Counted from the first letter of the stretch, positions 8,244-18,984 are shown. The stretch: 64,000 nt of DNA from a candidate division WWE3 bacterium UBA1401 (GCA_002305115.1 DBQF01000001.1:437767-501766), one strand, 5' to 3'. The notes: generated by a model from the letters alone, not told the origin. Translations and numbers: made by a program.

Positions 8244-11180
8244 ATGGTTAGCGATAACAAAAAAATTGTTATAAAGGGTGCTCGTCAGCATAATTTGAAA
8301 AACATAGATCTAGAAATTCCCAAGGACAAGTTAGTTGTATTTACGGGTGTGTCTGGCTCGGGAAAATCCTCTTTAGCTATGGATACAGTCTATGCCGAAG
8401 GTCAGCGTAGGTATGTAGAAAGCCTTTCGTCTTACGCCAGGCAATTCCTTGGAGTTATGGATAAACCAGATGTAGACAGTATAGAAGGTTTGTCTCCTGC
8501 TATTGCCATTGGTCAGAAAACTACTTCACGCAATCCCAGGTCAACTGTTGGTACGGTTACTGAGGTATACGACTTTCTAAGGCTATTATTTGCCCGCGCG
8601 GGACATCCGCACTGTCCTGAATGTGGCAGGGAAATCAGCAGGCAAAGCTCTGAACAGATTGTCCGACATATTTTTGATATAGCTTCCGCAGAAAAAGAAT
8701 TCTCGACCGGCAGGGGTGTTAGATTTATGCTGTTATCACCGGTTATAAGAGATAGAAAAGGTGAATATTCCACTTTGTTTCAGAACCTGAAAAAGCAAGG
8801 TATCATTCGCTCACGAATTGATGGTCACATCAGAAGCCTAGATGCGGATTTTGAACTTATTAAGACCAATAAGCACACCATTGAAGCCTTAGTAAGCAGG
8901 CATGTGTTAACTAAAGATAGATTAAAGGACAGGGAGAAAGAATTAAGAAGCGAAATCTTTCAGTCTGTTGAAACCGCGCTTGGGTTGAGCAGTGGCAATG
9001 TAGTAATGACTATAGTAAAAGATAACGATTTTGATTTTACCTCTGACCCCAAAGAGTTCGAAGATCATCTGTTTTCCGAAAATTTTGCTTGCCCAGTATG
9101 TAATGTATCTTTACCGGATATTGAGCCTAGAAACTTTTCATTTAATTCCCCTCAAGGTGCTTGTCCTAAGTGTGATGGCTTGGGAACGCAACTAGTTATA
9201 GATGAAAAGCTACTATACAACCCTAAGCTTTCTATCAGAGAAGGTGGCATTTTTCCTTGGTCAAGTCTGTTTGAGCGTTATACCTGGACTTCCCGCGTGT
9301 TGCAAGCTGTTTCAATTGAGTATGGTTTCTCACTTGATGATCCTATTTCTGCAATACCAAAGGAAGTCTTTAAAATTGTGCTATTTGGTGCGCCAAGGGA
9401 AAAAAAGTTCAAAGTGACCTTTAGGAAAGAAGGTAGAGAAAACACTTACTGGGCGACATATGAGGGTGTAATTCCCAACTTATTAAGGCGCCACAAAGAA
9501 ACCAAGTCAGATTTTATTCGTAACGATATAGAAAAGTATATGGTGAGGGAAACGTGCCCTTTATGTAAAGGTTCCAGACTAAAAAAAGAATCTCTATCTG
9601 TTGTTATTGAAGGTAAAAATATTTGGGATGTTACTAGCTTATCTATAGAAGATCTAAATGTATGGTTAGGTAGGCTGGGCAGTAAATTCCCGTCACGGGA
9701 GAGTGCTATTGCTCAGCCGATTCTCAAGGAAATTGGTTATAGAGTTAAATTTTTGCTGGATGTTGGGCTTAGCTACTTATCTTTAGAGCGTGCCGCGTCT
9801 GATTTATCTGGTGGTGAAGCCCAGCGAATCAGGCTTGCTTCGCAAATTGGCTCTGGTTTATCCGGAGTGTTATACGTGCTGGATGAGCCCTCAATAGGTC
9901 TTCATCAGAGAGATCAGAAAAAACTTATTAATACTCTTAAGCACCTTCGAGACTTAGGTAATACTGTTTTAGTAGTTGAACACGATAAAGACACCATGCT
10001 GGAAAGTGACTATATTTTTGATTTTGGTCCTGGCGCAGGAGACAAGGGGGGCACGGTAATAGCCGAAGGAACTCCCCAAGAAATTATGTCAGCCAAAAAT
10101 TCACTTACCGGGAAATACCTAAGTGGTGCTAAAGTAGTTGGCAACGTGGAATTGGCTAATGTTACTGACAGAAAACCTGATAAAGACAATTATGTGGTTT
10201 TAAAAGGTGCTTCGGGTAGAAATCTGAAAAATATTGATATCCAAATACCTTTGGGCAAGTTTGTGTGTGTCACGGGTGTGTCTGGTTCCGGTAAATCCTC
10301 ACTTATCATGGATACATTGTATTCAGGTTTACGTCAGTACTTTGGAATGAAGCTTGAAGAGCGCCCATTGCCTTTTAAGGAACTTACCGGTCTGGAAGCA
10401 GTTTCTAAAGTTATAGCAATTGACCAGTCTCCTATTGGCAGAACCCCAAAATCTAATCCTGCTACTTATACAAAAGCATTCGATTATATTAGAGAGCTGT
10501 TTTCCAAAACAGAAGAGGCCAGGATTCGTGGCTATAACCCCGGAAGATTCAGTTTTAATGTAAAAGGCGGTAGATGTGAGGCTTGTGGTGGTGAAGGCCA
10601 GATTAAAATCGAGATGCAATTTATGCCGGATGTTTATGTGAATTGCGAAGTATGTGAAGGGAAAAGATACAACCGCGAGGCTCTGGAAATCTACTACAAA
10701 GGTAAGAACATCGCCGATGTACTAGATATGACGGTGGAAGAAGCGCTGGATTTTTTCGAAAATATACCCCCTATAAAAAGAAAACTTCAAACTTTGCATG
10801 ATGTTGGTTTGTCTTATATAAGGTTGGGTCAGCCAGCTCCTACGTTATCAGGTGGCGAAGCACAAAGAATAAAGCTTGCGCTGGAGTTATCAAAGAAAGT
10901 TAATAGCGGCACTCTTTATATACTAGATGAGCCCACTACAGGGCTGCACTTTGCTGATCTAGAGAGGCTTATTGCTATTATCAAACGGCTAAGCTCTAAA
11001 GGTAACACAGTTTTAGTTGTGGAGCATAATCTGGATGTTATTGCCAATGCAGACTGGGTTATTGATTTAGGCCCCGAAGGTGGTGACAAGGGCGGTGAAG
11101 TAGTCTTTTCCGGTCCCTTACAGGATCTGTTCCAGAATAATTCTTCGTATACTGCTGATGCCTTGCGTGATCGTAAATAG
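8244..11180 (+). CDS. uvrA: Excinuclease ABC subunit A
   Basis: Two ABC modules (GVSGSGKSS twice, LSGGEAQR twice) and zinc-finger CxxC pairs. Confidence 0.97.
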   Translation: MVSDNKKIVIKGARQHNLKNIDLEIPKDKLVVFTGVSGSGKSSLAMDTVYAEGQRRYVESLSSYARQFLGVMDKPDVDSIEGLSPAIAIGQKTTSRNPRSTVGTVTEVYDFLRLLFARAGHPHCPECGREISRQSSEQIVRHIFDIASAEKEFSTGRGVRFMLLSPVIRDRKGEYSTLFQNLKKQGIIRSRIDGHIRSLDADFELIKTNKHTIEALVSRHVLTKDRLKDREKELRSEIFQSVETALGLSSGNVVMTIVKDNDFDFTSDPKEFEDHLFSENFACPVCNVSLPDIEPRNFSFNSPQGACPKCDGLGTQLVIDEKLLYNPKLSIREGGIFPWSSLFERYTWTSRVLQAVSIEYGFSLDDPISAIPKEVFKIVLFGAPREKKFKVTFRKEGRENTYWATYEGVIPNLLRRHKETKSDFIRNDIEKYMVRETCPLCKGSRLKKESLSVVIEGKNIWDVTSLSIEDLNVWLGRLGSKFPSRESAIAQPILKEIGYRVKFLLDVGLSYLSLERAASDLSGGEAQRIRLASQIGSGLSGVLYVLDEPSIGLHQRDQKKLINTLKHLRDLGNTVLVVEHDKDTMLESDYIFDFGPGAGDKGGTVIAEGTPQEIMSAKNSLTGKYLSGAKVVGNVELANVTDRKPDKDNYVVLKGASGRNLKNIDIQIPLGKFVCVTGVSGSGKSSLIMDTLYSGLRQYFGMKLEERPLPFKELTGLEAVSKVIAIDQSPIGRTPKSNPATYTKAFDYIRELFSKTEEARIRGYNPGRFSFNVKGGRCEACGGEGQIKIEMQFMPDVYVNCEVCEGKRYNREALEIYYKGKNIADVLDMTVEEALDFFENIPPIKRKLQTLHDVGLSYIRLGQPAPTLSGGEAQRIKLALELSKKVNSGTLYILDEPTTGLHFADLERLIAIIKRLSSKGNTVLVVEHNLDVIANADWVIDLGPEGGDKGGEVVFSGPLQDLFQNNSSYTADALRDRK

Positions 11181-11182
11181 CT

Positions 11183-12895
11183 TTATTCGATAATAGAGTA
11201 GTCCAGTGATTTACTTTTTCCCGTATAGTCTTCAAAAGAAATTGTTGCGCCCTCCTCTAGGACAATACGCACTTTATCAAATGGAAATAGTATTTTACCA
11301 CTGTTGTTAAAGTCTTTTATTATCAGCCCACTGTCATTGTAGGCTGTATAGTACTTTTTGCTTGTGATAAGTTCCAATAGCCTGGTTAGAATGCTTTTAC
11401 TGTGTTGTAGTTGTATGTGTTCTTTGAATAATTCATTAGTGTTTTGGGAGAAATCTATTTCCACTTGTTTATCTTCTTCGTCGAGTTTATAGGCGCCCGC
11501 GGGGTAGGGGTATTCGGACTCACTGCCTCTTATAACGAAAACTACATGATTTGTGTCTAATTTTGTGAAGTAATCAATCCCTGAAGTATCCCCCCATGTG
11601 GGGTCAACCATTACCCACCCGAAGTTTGGGTCATAGTACTCAGGCCATGAATGTAATAAATCTTTAGTATCAAATTCTACCTCCAGACTGGTGACCCCTT
11701 CTGTTTTGTTAAAGGCATAACCGTTAAGCTCCCGCGATGGAATACCCATTGCTCTAGTTAGGGCTATAAATAGATCTGTAAATTCCATACAAGCCCATGG
11801 TCCTTCTTCGGTTAAGGCTTTCAATGCTCCATGTCTTTGAACATATTCTGCTTGCTCGATAGACTGGTCATACTCCAAAGTATTTATAACAAAGTTGTAC
11901 ACACTTTGAGCGTTTTGGGATACTGTTTTTTTTGGATCAAACAACTCATTGGCTTTCTGCTTAACTTGTTCAGCTTCAGCTTCCCAGAATGGTTGGGCGT
12001 GTAAATAGTTCTTTCTTACAGACAGAGGCAGCTCATGCATCTTACCTCCAAACTCAGGTTGAATTTGTTTACCTAATACTTTAGCGGCTCCAACAACTTC
12101 AATTAGCAGGTCCTTACCTGCCGGAACTTTGTATTCAGCCATAGTATTTCCGTCTGCATCTATGTATAAGTTTCTAGGAGTAGGGTTCATTTGCACAAGC
12201 TTAACTTGCTGTATGTAAGGTATATTTGGTGGCAGCGCGATTTCTTGAACAGCGGCAAACCAGTTTTCATTGTTCAGATGATACTTTAGTTTGAAGTTTA
12301 TGAGTTGGTATTTGCCAAAAGCGGCAGTTATACCTGTGTTATTTACCAATTCTTTGTTGTAAGTGAAGGTTGTGGTTAAGTTGTCTTCGTACTGTTCAAG
12401 GGGCTTAGGTGATACGAAAATTAATGGTCCAAAGGTTTTTGGTACGTGTATGCTTACCTGGTAAGTGTCTATAGTCTCAAGCCCTGATACTTGCGGCAGG
12501 TTGATGTTCCAGACTTCTCCAACTTTAGTTGCTATATCTTTAGTTTTGTAGCTTAGATAAATCTGGCTTTTCTTACCTTTACCTACAACTCTATCTAGTA
12601 GTTCTGCTTTGATGTGTGTGACGTCGTCTTCTTTGCTAAGTTCAATAGTTAGTGGCCCTCTGGTGTCTGTGCCGGTAACGTCGTAGATTTCCATTTGTTT
12701 AATAGAATTTGAGTAAGTTGTTGCCAGGATGTCATTTTCTTTGTTTTCAATAGTGATTTCTTGTTCTACGTGGGTTTCACCGGTAGGGAATATGGTGTAG
12801 CTAACCAGGTACGACGTTTTAAATTGTTCTATGGCGCTTACCTGTTTTGGCATGATTAGGGCAATAAGTGCTAATATAAGTAGTAGTTTTTTCAT
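11183..12895 (-). CDS. Secreted transglutaminase-like domain protein
   Basis: Signal peptide MKKLLLILALIALIMPKQVSA. Transglutaminase-core Cys/His/Asp context (PWACMEFTDLF, HSWPEYY, VMVDPTWGD). Confidence 0.7.
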   Translation of the reverse strand: MKKLLLILALIALIMPKQVSAIEQFKTSYLVSYTIFPTGETHVEQEITIENKENDILATTYSNSIKQMEIYDVTGTDTRGPLTIELSKEDDVTHIKAELLDRVVGKGKKSQIYLSYKTKDIATKVGEVWNINLPQVSGLETIDTYQVSIHVPKTFGPLIFVSPKPLEQYEDNLTTTFTYNKELVNNTGITAAFGKYQLINFKLKYHLNNENWFAAVQEIALPPNIPYIQQVKLVQMNPTPRNLYIDADGNTMAEYKVPAGKDLLIEVVGAAKVLGKQIQPEFGGKMHELPLSVRKNYLHAQPFWEAEAEQVKQKANELFDPKKTVSQNAQSVYNFVINTLEYDQSIEQAEYVQRHGALKALTEEGPWACMEFTDLFIALTRAMGIPSRELNGYAFNKTEGVTSLEVEFDTKDLLHSWPEYYDPNFGWVMVDPTWGDTSGIDYFTKLDTNHVVFVIRGSESEYPYPAGAYKLDEEDKQVEIDFSQNTNELFKEHIQLQHSKSILTRLLELITSKKYYTAYNDSGLIIKDFNNSGKILFPFDKVRIVLEEGATISFEDYTGKSKSLDYSIIE

Positions 12896-13020
12896 GCTAC
12901 CAAGATGTTACTAGGTTTTAGGTTATTTATCAAAGGTGCTTAAGGTCTTGCAGTTTTTACCTCCCTGGATTTTTCCTGGGGAGCATATTTTATGTATTTG
13001 CTCGATCAGAGGCTTACTAC

Positions 13021-14367
13021 ATGTCTAAAGAGGAATTAAAAGCGAAAATTAAGAGTTTTCCGCAACGACCTGGAGTATATCAATTCAGAAACTCAAGAGG
13101 TCAGATAATTTATGTTGGAAAGGCCAAAGACCTTAAGAGTCGTGTGGGTTCTTATTTCAATGCTTCCATAGATCCCTCAAGTAAAACCGCTGCGCTTGTT
13201 GCCAGAATTAACGACGTCTCATATATAGAAGTTCAATCCGAAATCGAAGCACTTATATTAGAGGCAGATTTAATCAAAAAATATAAACCTAAGTACAACA
13301 TAGTTCTAAAAGATGACAAATCAAGCCTATATGTAGTAATCCGAGCCGAACCCGTCAATTCTGCTAGCACTAAGAAGGTCAAAGTGCCAAAAGTCCAGAC
13401 AGCGCGTAAGACCGATCTGAAAAGGTCTGATATAGTTTTTGGGCCTTATCTAAGTGCCGGTTCTGCCAGGTATATGCTCAGAGCTGTAAGAAGAGCTTTT
13501 CCCTATAGAGATTGTAGTACGCAAAAATATAGCAGTCATCAAAGACTAAACAGACCATGTCTGTATGGCGACCTTAACTTATGTTCCGCGCCATGTACTG
13601 GTAAAATTTCAGTTGCGGATTATAAGAAGGAGCTTAAGCGATTGGAAAAATTTTTACGGGGTAACAGCGATAAACTTATAAAATCTCTAAACTCGCAAAT
13701 GACAAAAGCTTCTCACAAACAGGAATTTGAGTTGGCGGCAAAACTTAGAGATATCATTAAAAGGCTTGAGTTCCTAAAAAGTAGTTTCAGGCGGCCAGAG
13801 GAATATGTAGAAAACCCTTATCTTACAGATGATATTGCAAATAGAGCTTTAGAATCATTAGTAGCTGAATTGCCCATACTTAGCGAGCTTCCCTCTAGAA
13901 TTGAATGTTACGACATTTCTAATATTTCAGGAAAAGAAGCCACAGGTTCTATGGTGGTTGCTGTAGATGGCAAACTGGAAAAATCTGATTACAGGAAGTT
14001 TAAGATTAAAAGCAAAGAGGAGCCAGACGATGTTTCTATGCTGCGTGAAGTACTTGAGCGCCGCTTAACGAGAGTTACAAATGGCAGTTGGCCTGTGCCT
14101 GATCTTATTGTGCTAGATGGAGGTAAGGGTCAGTTATCTGCCGTTTTGTCTGTATTAGAAGAAAAGAATGTGGTGATTCCAGTTGTGGGCCTGGCGAAAA
14201 AAGAAGAAATAATTATTTATTATGATAACAGCACGAACAGCTACACAGAACTTAAGTTGCCTGCTGATGCTGAAGGGTTAAAGTTGCTAATACGGCTTAG
14301 AGATGAAGCTCACAGATTTGCCCAGAGTTACCACCATAAACTTCGGCTGAAGCAACTAAACAGATGA
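13021..14367 (+). CDS. uvrC: Excinuclease ABC subunit C, short form lacking the C-terminal (HhH)2 domain
   Basis: GIY-YIG (GVYQFRNSRGQIIYVGKAKDLKSRV), four-Cys cluster (C-x17-C-x7-C-x3-C), UVR motif (ELAAKLRDIIKRLEFL), and endonuclease domain (IECYDISN, DGGKGQL, EAHRFA). The protein ends 14 aa after EAHRFA. Confidence 0.9.
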   Translation: MSKEELKAKIKSFPQRPGVYQFRNSRGQIIYVGKAKDLKSRVGSYFNASIDPSSKTAALVARINDVSYIEVQSEIEALILEADLIKKYKPKYNIVLKDDKSSLYVVIRAEPVNSASTKKVKVPKVQTARKTDLKRSDIVFGPYLSAGSARYMLRAVRRAFPYRDCSTQKYSSHQRLNRPCLYGDLNLCSAPCTGKISVADYKKELKRLEKFLRGNSDKLIKSLNSQMTKASHKQEFELAAKLRDIIKRLEFLKSSFRRPEEYVENPYLTDDIANRALESLVAELPILSELPSRIECYDISNISGKEATGSMVVAVDGKLEKSDYRKFKIKSKEEPDDVSMLREVLERRLTRVTNGSWPVPDLIVLDGGKGQLSAVLSVLEEKNVVIPVVGLAKKEEIIIYYDNSTNSYTELKLPADAEGLKLLIRLRDEAHRFAQSYHHKLRLKQLNR

Positions 14368-14389
14368 TAGTATAATAAATGAGCATTTT

Positions 14390-14803
14390 ATGAAAAATAT
14401 AATCAGATCCTTTGTTTTTTCATACATAGCGCTTTATTTTACGCAACTCTATATTGGTGCTATAACCTTTGGTGGTGACCCCATAAGAAGTACTGCTATT
14501 CTTGTCACCGGCTTAGCGCTACTTAACATTTTGATTATTCCTGCATTGAGCATCTTAGGCATCAAAGCTAAGGGGCTGACTTTTCCGGCTGTTCACTTTG
14601 TTTTAACAGCGCTACTTCTTTATTTTGTAGCACCTGCTATCCCGGGGTTAACTATTACAGGCACATACTTACCAAGTTTGCATATTTTAGGGTTTATGCT
14701 ACCATCAAAACACCTTGATAAGACCGGAAGTCTTGTCTTTTCTGCCTTATTAACCAGTTTAGTGTATGGTTTTTTAACTTGGCTTAGTGCCAAAAAGAAA
14801 TAA
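14390..14803 (+). CDS. Small 4-TM membrane protein (possibly DUF360/holin-family-IV-like)
   Basis: 137-aa hydrophobic ORF. Its TAATG stop/start overlaps the next gene. The family call is by loose pattern resemblance only. Confidence 0.45.
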   Translation: MKNIIRSFVFSYIALYFTQLYIGAITFGGDPIRSTAILVTGLALLNILIIPALSILGIKAKGLTFPAVHFVLTALLLYFVAPAIPGLTITGTYLPSLHILGFMLPSKHLDKTGSLVFSALLTSLVYGFLTWLSAKKK

Positions 14804-15021
14804 TGTCGGAAATTGTAAAGATTGCACAGATAGTATTGTCATTACTAATGATAGTGCTTGTAATGGTACAGAATAAAGGTAAAGGGCTTTCCAGTACTTT
14901 TGGTGGTATTAGTGGCACTTATACTACACGTCGGGGGTTGGAAAAGAGTATCTTTATGGCTACAATTGTTGTTAGTACGCTTTTAGTAATTAATTCGCTG
15001 CTGATAATCTACTTTAGTTAA
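14803..15021 (+). CDS. secG: Preprotein translocase subunit SecG
   Basis: 72 aa with two TM helices and the SecG-like loop MVQNKGKGLSSTFGG. Confidence 0.7.
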   Translation: MSEIVKIAQIVLSLLMIVLVMVQNKGKGLSSTFGGISGTYTTRRGLEKSIFMATIVVSTLLVINSLLIIYFS

Positions 15022-15024
15022 ATT

Positions 15025-16347
15025 ATGGTTACTGTTAATATCGTAGGGGGTAATCCCTTATTAGGTAATGTGCGTGTTTCTGGTGCAAAAAACTCTGTTC
15101 TAAAACTTATACCCGCAGCCATGTTTAGTAATGATAACGTTACTATTGAGAACGTTCCCAGAATAGGCAATGTTTTATCTGATTTAGAAATAATTAAAGC
15201 TATTGGCGGTTACGTTGAGTGGGTTGGTCCCAATAGATTAGTTCTAAATGGTTCTGGGTTGAATACTTACGAGATTCCTTATGATTTGGGGTCTAAGTAT
15301 CGTACAGCTTCTTTATTGGCTGCTCCTCTCATCTATCGATTCGGAAAAGCATTAATACCCAAACCGGGTGGCTGTAGAATAGGTTATAGGCCAATAAATA
15401 GATGGATTGAAACCTGGAAGCTGATGGGTATTGAGGTTGACGAAGACGATACGTATGTTAGATTGGAAGCTCATGAACTGCATGGTGCCGATGTTTCTTT
15501 TAAGATATCTACTCATTCTGGTACCGATAACGCAATCCTATCGGCTATCGCGGCTTCGGGTGAAACTATTATTTCTAATGCCGCTGAGGAAAGTGAAGTG
15601 GATGATCTGATTGCGTTTTGTAATGTTATTGGTGCTTATGTTGAGCGCATTGCTCCCAGGAAAATTAAGATAGTTGGAACTAATGTATTTGGGGGAGGTA
15701 ATTTCACTGTTCAGGGAGATAAAATTGAAGCAGCTACTTTTGCTGTAGCAGCTATCATGACACATGGCAATATTACTATTCAGGGAGTAGATAAAGTTAA
15801 TTTAACCTCTTTTATTAATGTGCTGACAAAGATGGGTTGTTCCTATGAGTTTGTTGGTGATGAGATGCGTGTGTGGGCCAACAATACTGCGTTGAATCCG
15901 GTTAATGTTACAACGGCGCCGGCGCCTGGGTTTCTGACAGATTGGCAGCCTTTGGTGACTTTGCTTTGTACTAAATCCTCTGGCGATAGTTTGTTACATG
16001 ATACTGTTTATACAGACAGGTTTGGTTATATTAAGGACTTAAATAGGATGGGAGCTAAGATTGAATTGTACAGGCCTTCCGAACTCGGTATTACACCGGT
16101 TATTAGTGATGATGCTTATGACGTTGTAAAGTTGGGTGAGCCTTATACTGTTGCGAAGGTAGAGGGACCTACAAAGCTTAGAGGAGTCAAAATGAATATT
16201 CCGGATTTGCGTGCTGGCGCTACACTTATTTTGGCTGCTTTGACTGCAGAGGGTAGAAGTGAGATTAGTGGATATGAGAATGTTTCCAGGGGGTATGAGA
16301 ACTTTATAGAAAAGCTTTCCGCTCTTGGGGCGGATATTTCACTATAA
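15025..16347 (+). CDS. murA: UDP-N-acetylglucosamine 1-carboxyvinyltransferase
   Basis: VSGAKNSVLKL N-terminus and active-site Cys loop KPGGCRIGYRPIN. Length is 440 aa. Confidence 0.95.
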   Translation: MVTVNIVGGNPLLGNVRVSGAKNSVLKLIPAAMFSNDNVTIENVPRIGNVLSDLEIIKAIGGYVEWVGPNRLVLNGSGLNTYEIPYDLGSKYRTASLLAAPLIYRFGKALIPKPGGCRIGYRPINRWIETWKLMGIEVDEDDTYVRLEAHELHGADVSFKISTHSGTDNAILSAIAASGETIISNAAEESEVDDLIAFCNVIGAYVERIAPRKIKIVGTNVFGGGNFTVQGDKIEAATFAVAAIMTHGNITIQGVDKVNLTSFINVLTKMGCSYEFVGDEMRVWANNTALNPVNVTTAPAPGFLTDWQPLVTLLCTKSSGDSLLHDTVYTDRFGYIKDLNRMGAKIELYRPSELGITPVISDDAYDVVKLGEPYTVAKVEGPTKLRGVKMNIPDLRAGATLILAALTAEGRSEISGYENVSRGYENFIEKLSALGADISL

Positions 16348-16367
16348 CTAGTAGTTGAGCAACAAAG

Positions 16368-16376
16368 TGTTATACT
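16368..16376 (+). promoter_or_regulatory. Extended -10 box TGTTATACT, 9 nt before the mraY ATG
   Basis: TATACT at 16371..16376, ATG at 16386. Confidence 0.5.
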
Positions 16377-16385
16377 AAGTGCAGT

Positions 16386-17447
16386 ATGCTGACCAGATTG
16401 CTTCAGCTTTTTTTAACAACATCAATAACCTTTCTCCTATATCCAATCTGGATCAGATTCGTATACAAATACCAGATGGGTGAGGAAATTAGGCCTGATG
16501 GTCCCGAATCTCACCTAAAGAAAAAAGGTACCCCTACTATGGGTGGTTTGGTCTTTATTTTAACTGTTTCTCTAGTCAACTTTTTATTTAACCGCTATCG
16601 TATCCAAACGCTTTTTCCTATTTTTATTGCATCTCTTGCCGCTTTCTTTGGCTTAACCGAGGACTTTACTAAAGTTTTTAAGAATTCATTATTTAACACT
16701 TTTTTTGCTTCACGCAAACAGTCTACGGGCAACACCGCACCTAAGAAAGACCCCTTAGGCTGGTTTGTTGAATTCTGGCGCATTGTAGGTAGTGATACCT
16801 CTAGAGGTCTACAAACTTATCAAAAGTTTTTGTTCCAGGCTGGAATTGCGGGGTTTGTTTCTTATTGGACCTACTTTAAACTAGGATGGGACTATATTTG
16901 GTTTCCTCTTATAGGTAATGTGCACATAGGCTTTGTATACCCCATATTTGTGTTTTTCTTGTTTATAGTTGTGCTGAATGCTGTAGCTTTTACCGATGGA
17001 CTTGACGGCTTAGCTGGCGGCTTATCCCTTTTTGCCTTTGCCGCCTATTGGGTGATCTCGGCAGTTTTGGGCTATAACGCACTTTCAACTTTTTGTGCCA
17101 TTTTTATTGGTGCGCTTATTCCTTTTTTGTACTTTAATGTTTATCCGGCTAGGATATTTATGGGCAATGTTGGTTCGCATGTCTTGGGCGCGACACTTGC
17201 CGTTCTGGGTGTTGTGCTGCATAGGGAAGTAGCTTTGTTAGCAATTCTTGCGGTGTTTTTGCTTGACGGTATATCCAGCCCGCTGCAGCAGCTTTCTGTA
17301 AAACTTACCGGCAAAAGGCTTTTTAGGATGGCTCCTATTCATCATCACTTTGAGCTTTTGGGTTGGCCAGAAACAAAGGTAACTTTCAGGTTTTGGATAT
17401 TTGGCGTATTTTTTGCCTTTGTAGGAATTTTCATAGCACTTCTTTAA
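16386..17447 (+). CDS. mraY: Phospho-N-acetylmuramoyl-pentapeptide transferase
   Basis: KKGTPTMGG, NAVAFTDGLDGLAGG and PIHHHFE motifs. Polytopic membrane protein. Confidence 0.95.
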   Translation: MLTRLLQLFLTTSITFLLYPIWIRFVYKYQMGEEIRPDGPESHLKKKGTPTMGGLVFILTVSLVNFLFNRYRIQTLFPIFIASLAAFFGLTEDFTKVFKNSLFNTFFASRKQSTGNTAPKKDPLGWFVEFWRIVGSDTSRGLQTYQKFLFQAGIAGFVSYWTYFKLGWDYIWFPLIGNVHIGFVYPIFVFFLFIVVLNAVAFTDGLDGLAGGLSLFAFAAYWVISAVLGYNALSTFCAIFIGALIPFLYFNVYPARIFMGNVGSHVLGATLAVLGVVLHREVALLAILAVFLLDGISSPLQQLSVKLTGKRLFRMAPIHHHFELLGWPETKVTFRFWIFGVFFAFVGIFIALL

Positions 17448-18646
17448 TGCCCAAAAGAAGAACATTGAATAGTACAAGACTTTTGCGTGCCGATACTTCC
17501 TTGCTTGTTGTGATTGCTGTTATGGTATTTTTTGGACTGGTGATGATTTACGATGCTACGGTTTTTTATGCTCATACAAGTTTCGGAACAGCTTATAAGT
17601 TTGTGTTACTGCACGTAGTATGGTTACTTATTGGATTAGGCGGGTTTTTCTTTTTTTATAACTATAATTACAAAAATTTTGCTAAGTTGTCATACACACT
17701 GTTTTTAATTTCTCTTGTCTTTCTTGGAATTCTATCTGTTTTTGGATTTTTGAAGGTTGTGGGAGTACTCAAGTGCAACACGAATACTTTGTTTGTGCCT
17801 TGTGTTAATGGAGCGTACAGGTGGTTTTATGTTAACCCACCGCCCTTGCCCAGTATACCTTTTTTAGGTGTATTGGGGTTTCAGCCGGGAGAGCTAGCTA
17901 AGTTTTCCTTTATATTATATTTGGCTGTTCAGATATCAAAGGCTATGCGCGATCCCGGCCGAAATGCTTTTACGATCTATATAGTTACAGCATTGTTTGT
18001 GTCTGGCTTGATAATTTTGCAGCCGAATATGTCTACCGCGGCACTTATTTTTTTGATTGGGAGTGTTATGTATCTGGCCTCCGGTTCCAGCCTGGTGCCG
18101 CTTTTTATTACAGCCCCAATAATGACTCTTATCGGAGGTATAGCAGTACTTGTGTCTCCATATAGAAAGGCCAGGCTGCTTACCCTGTTGGGGTTTGGAG
18201 ACGGCACAGAGTTGTCTATAGGATATCACATGCAGCAGATTCTAATTGCACTTGGGTCGGGCGGATTGTTTGGAGTTGGATTTGGGCAGTCTCGGCAAAA
18301 GTATCAGTATTTGCCCGAAGTAGCAGCCGATTCGATTTTTGCCATTATTGGTGAAGAGCTTGGGTTTCTTGGAACTGTGGCTGTTGTGCTTTTGTTTTGT
18401 TTTTTTGTATATAAAGGGTTTGAAGTGGCGAAGAATGCACCCGATTTGTTGGGAAGGCTTTTAGCCTCGGGGATTACTGCATGGATTGGGTTGCAGTTTT
18501 TTATTAATGTGGCGGCTATGACGAAGCTTATTCCACTTACGGGTATGCCAATCCCGCTTATTTCTTATGGCGGCTCCGCCACTGTTTTTGCCTTAATGGG
18601 CTTGGGGATTTTGGTGAATATTAGTAAATACAGCCACCTGAAGTGA
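17447..18646 (+). CDS. ftsW: SEDS-family peptidoglycan polymerase, FtsW type (by dcw context)
   Basis: The ATG at 17447 overlaps the mraY stop (TAATG). The track ORF at 17363 is an upstream extension. SEDS C-terminal pattern LIPLTGMPIPLISYGGS. Confidence 0.85.
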   Translation: MPKRRTLNSTRLLRADTSLLVVIAVMVFFGLVMIYDATVFYAHTSFGTAYKFVLLHVVWLLIGLGGFFFFYNYNYKNFAKLSYTLFLISLVFLGILSVFGFLKVVGVLKCNTNTLFVPCVNGAYRWFYVNPPPLPSIPFLGVLGFQPGELAKFSFILYLAVQISKAMRDPGRNAFTIYIVTALFVSGLIILQPNMSTAALIFLIGSVMYLASGSSLVPLFITAPIMTLIGGIAVLVSPYRKARLLTLLGFGDGTELSIGYHMQQILIALGSGGLFGVGFGQSRQKYQYLPEVAADSIFAIIGEELGFLGTVAVVLLFCFFVYKGFEVAKNAPDLLGRLLASGITAWIGLQFFINVAAMTKLIPLTGMPIPLISYGGSATVFALMGLGILVNISKYSHLK

Positions 18647-18711
18647 TTTTCCAGCCAAACTTTGATATATTACCTATAGTGGTCAACGTAGCCTAACAAA
18701 GGAGGCAACAA

Positions 18712-18894
18712 ATGTCTTTGCTTGACTTATTGAGGGCTGCCGGTGAGCTTTTCACAGGAGGGCACGCTGTGGATGACAATGGCGAGCCATTGGTGAAGAA
18801 GTACAAGGAGGCGTCGTCAGAAGCTCCGCAGAAAGAGGAGCCTACAAAAGGCCCCTCGTCGGAGAAGCTGGTGCAGAAAGGCCAAGGGCGCTAA
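18712..18894 (+). CDS. Small hypothetical protein (60 aa), apparently GC-richer than its neighbours
   Basis: Strong SD AAAGGAGG lies 6 nt before the ATG. I recognise no family. It sits between ftsW and murD. Confidence 0.45.
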   Translation: MSLLDLLRAAGELFTGGHAVDDNGEPLVKKYKEASSEAPQKEEPTKGPSSEKLVQKGQGR

Positions 18895-18905
18895 TGCGGT
18901 GTGTC

Positions 18906-18969
18906 TGGGTTCTGGGTGTCAGTCAGAGAGGCCGCGGGCTTTTAAGGCTCTAAAAACACCCAGAACCCG
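18906..18969 (+). other. Long stem-loop (12 perfect bp plus 1 G-U, 38-nt loop) between the small ORF and the murD promoter
   Basis: GGGTTCTGGGTG (18907..18918) pairs with CACCCAGAACCC (18957..18968). No U-tract follows. Confidence 0.7.
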
Positions 18970-18984
18970 AACTTTCTAATAAGT

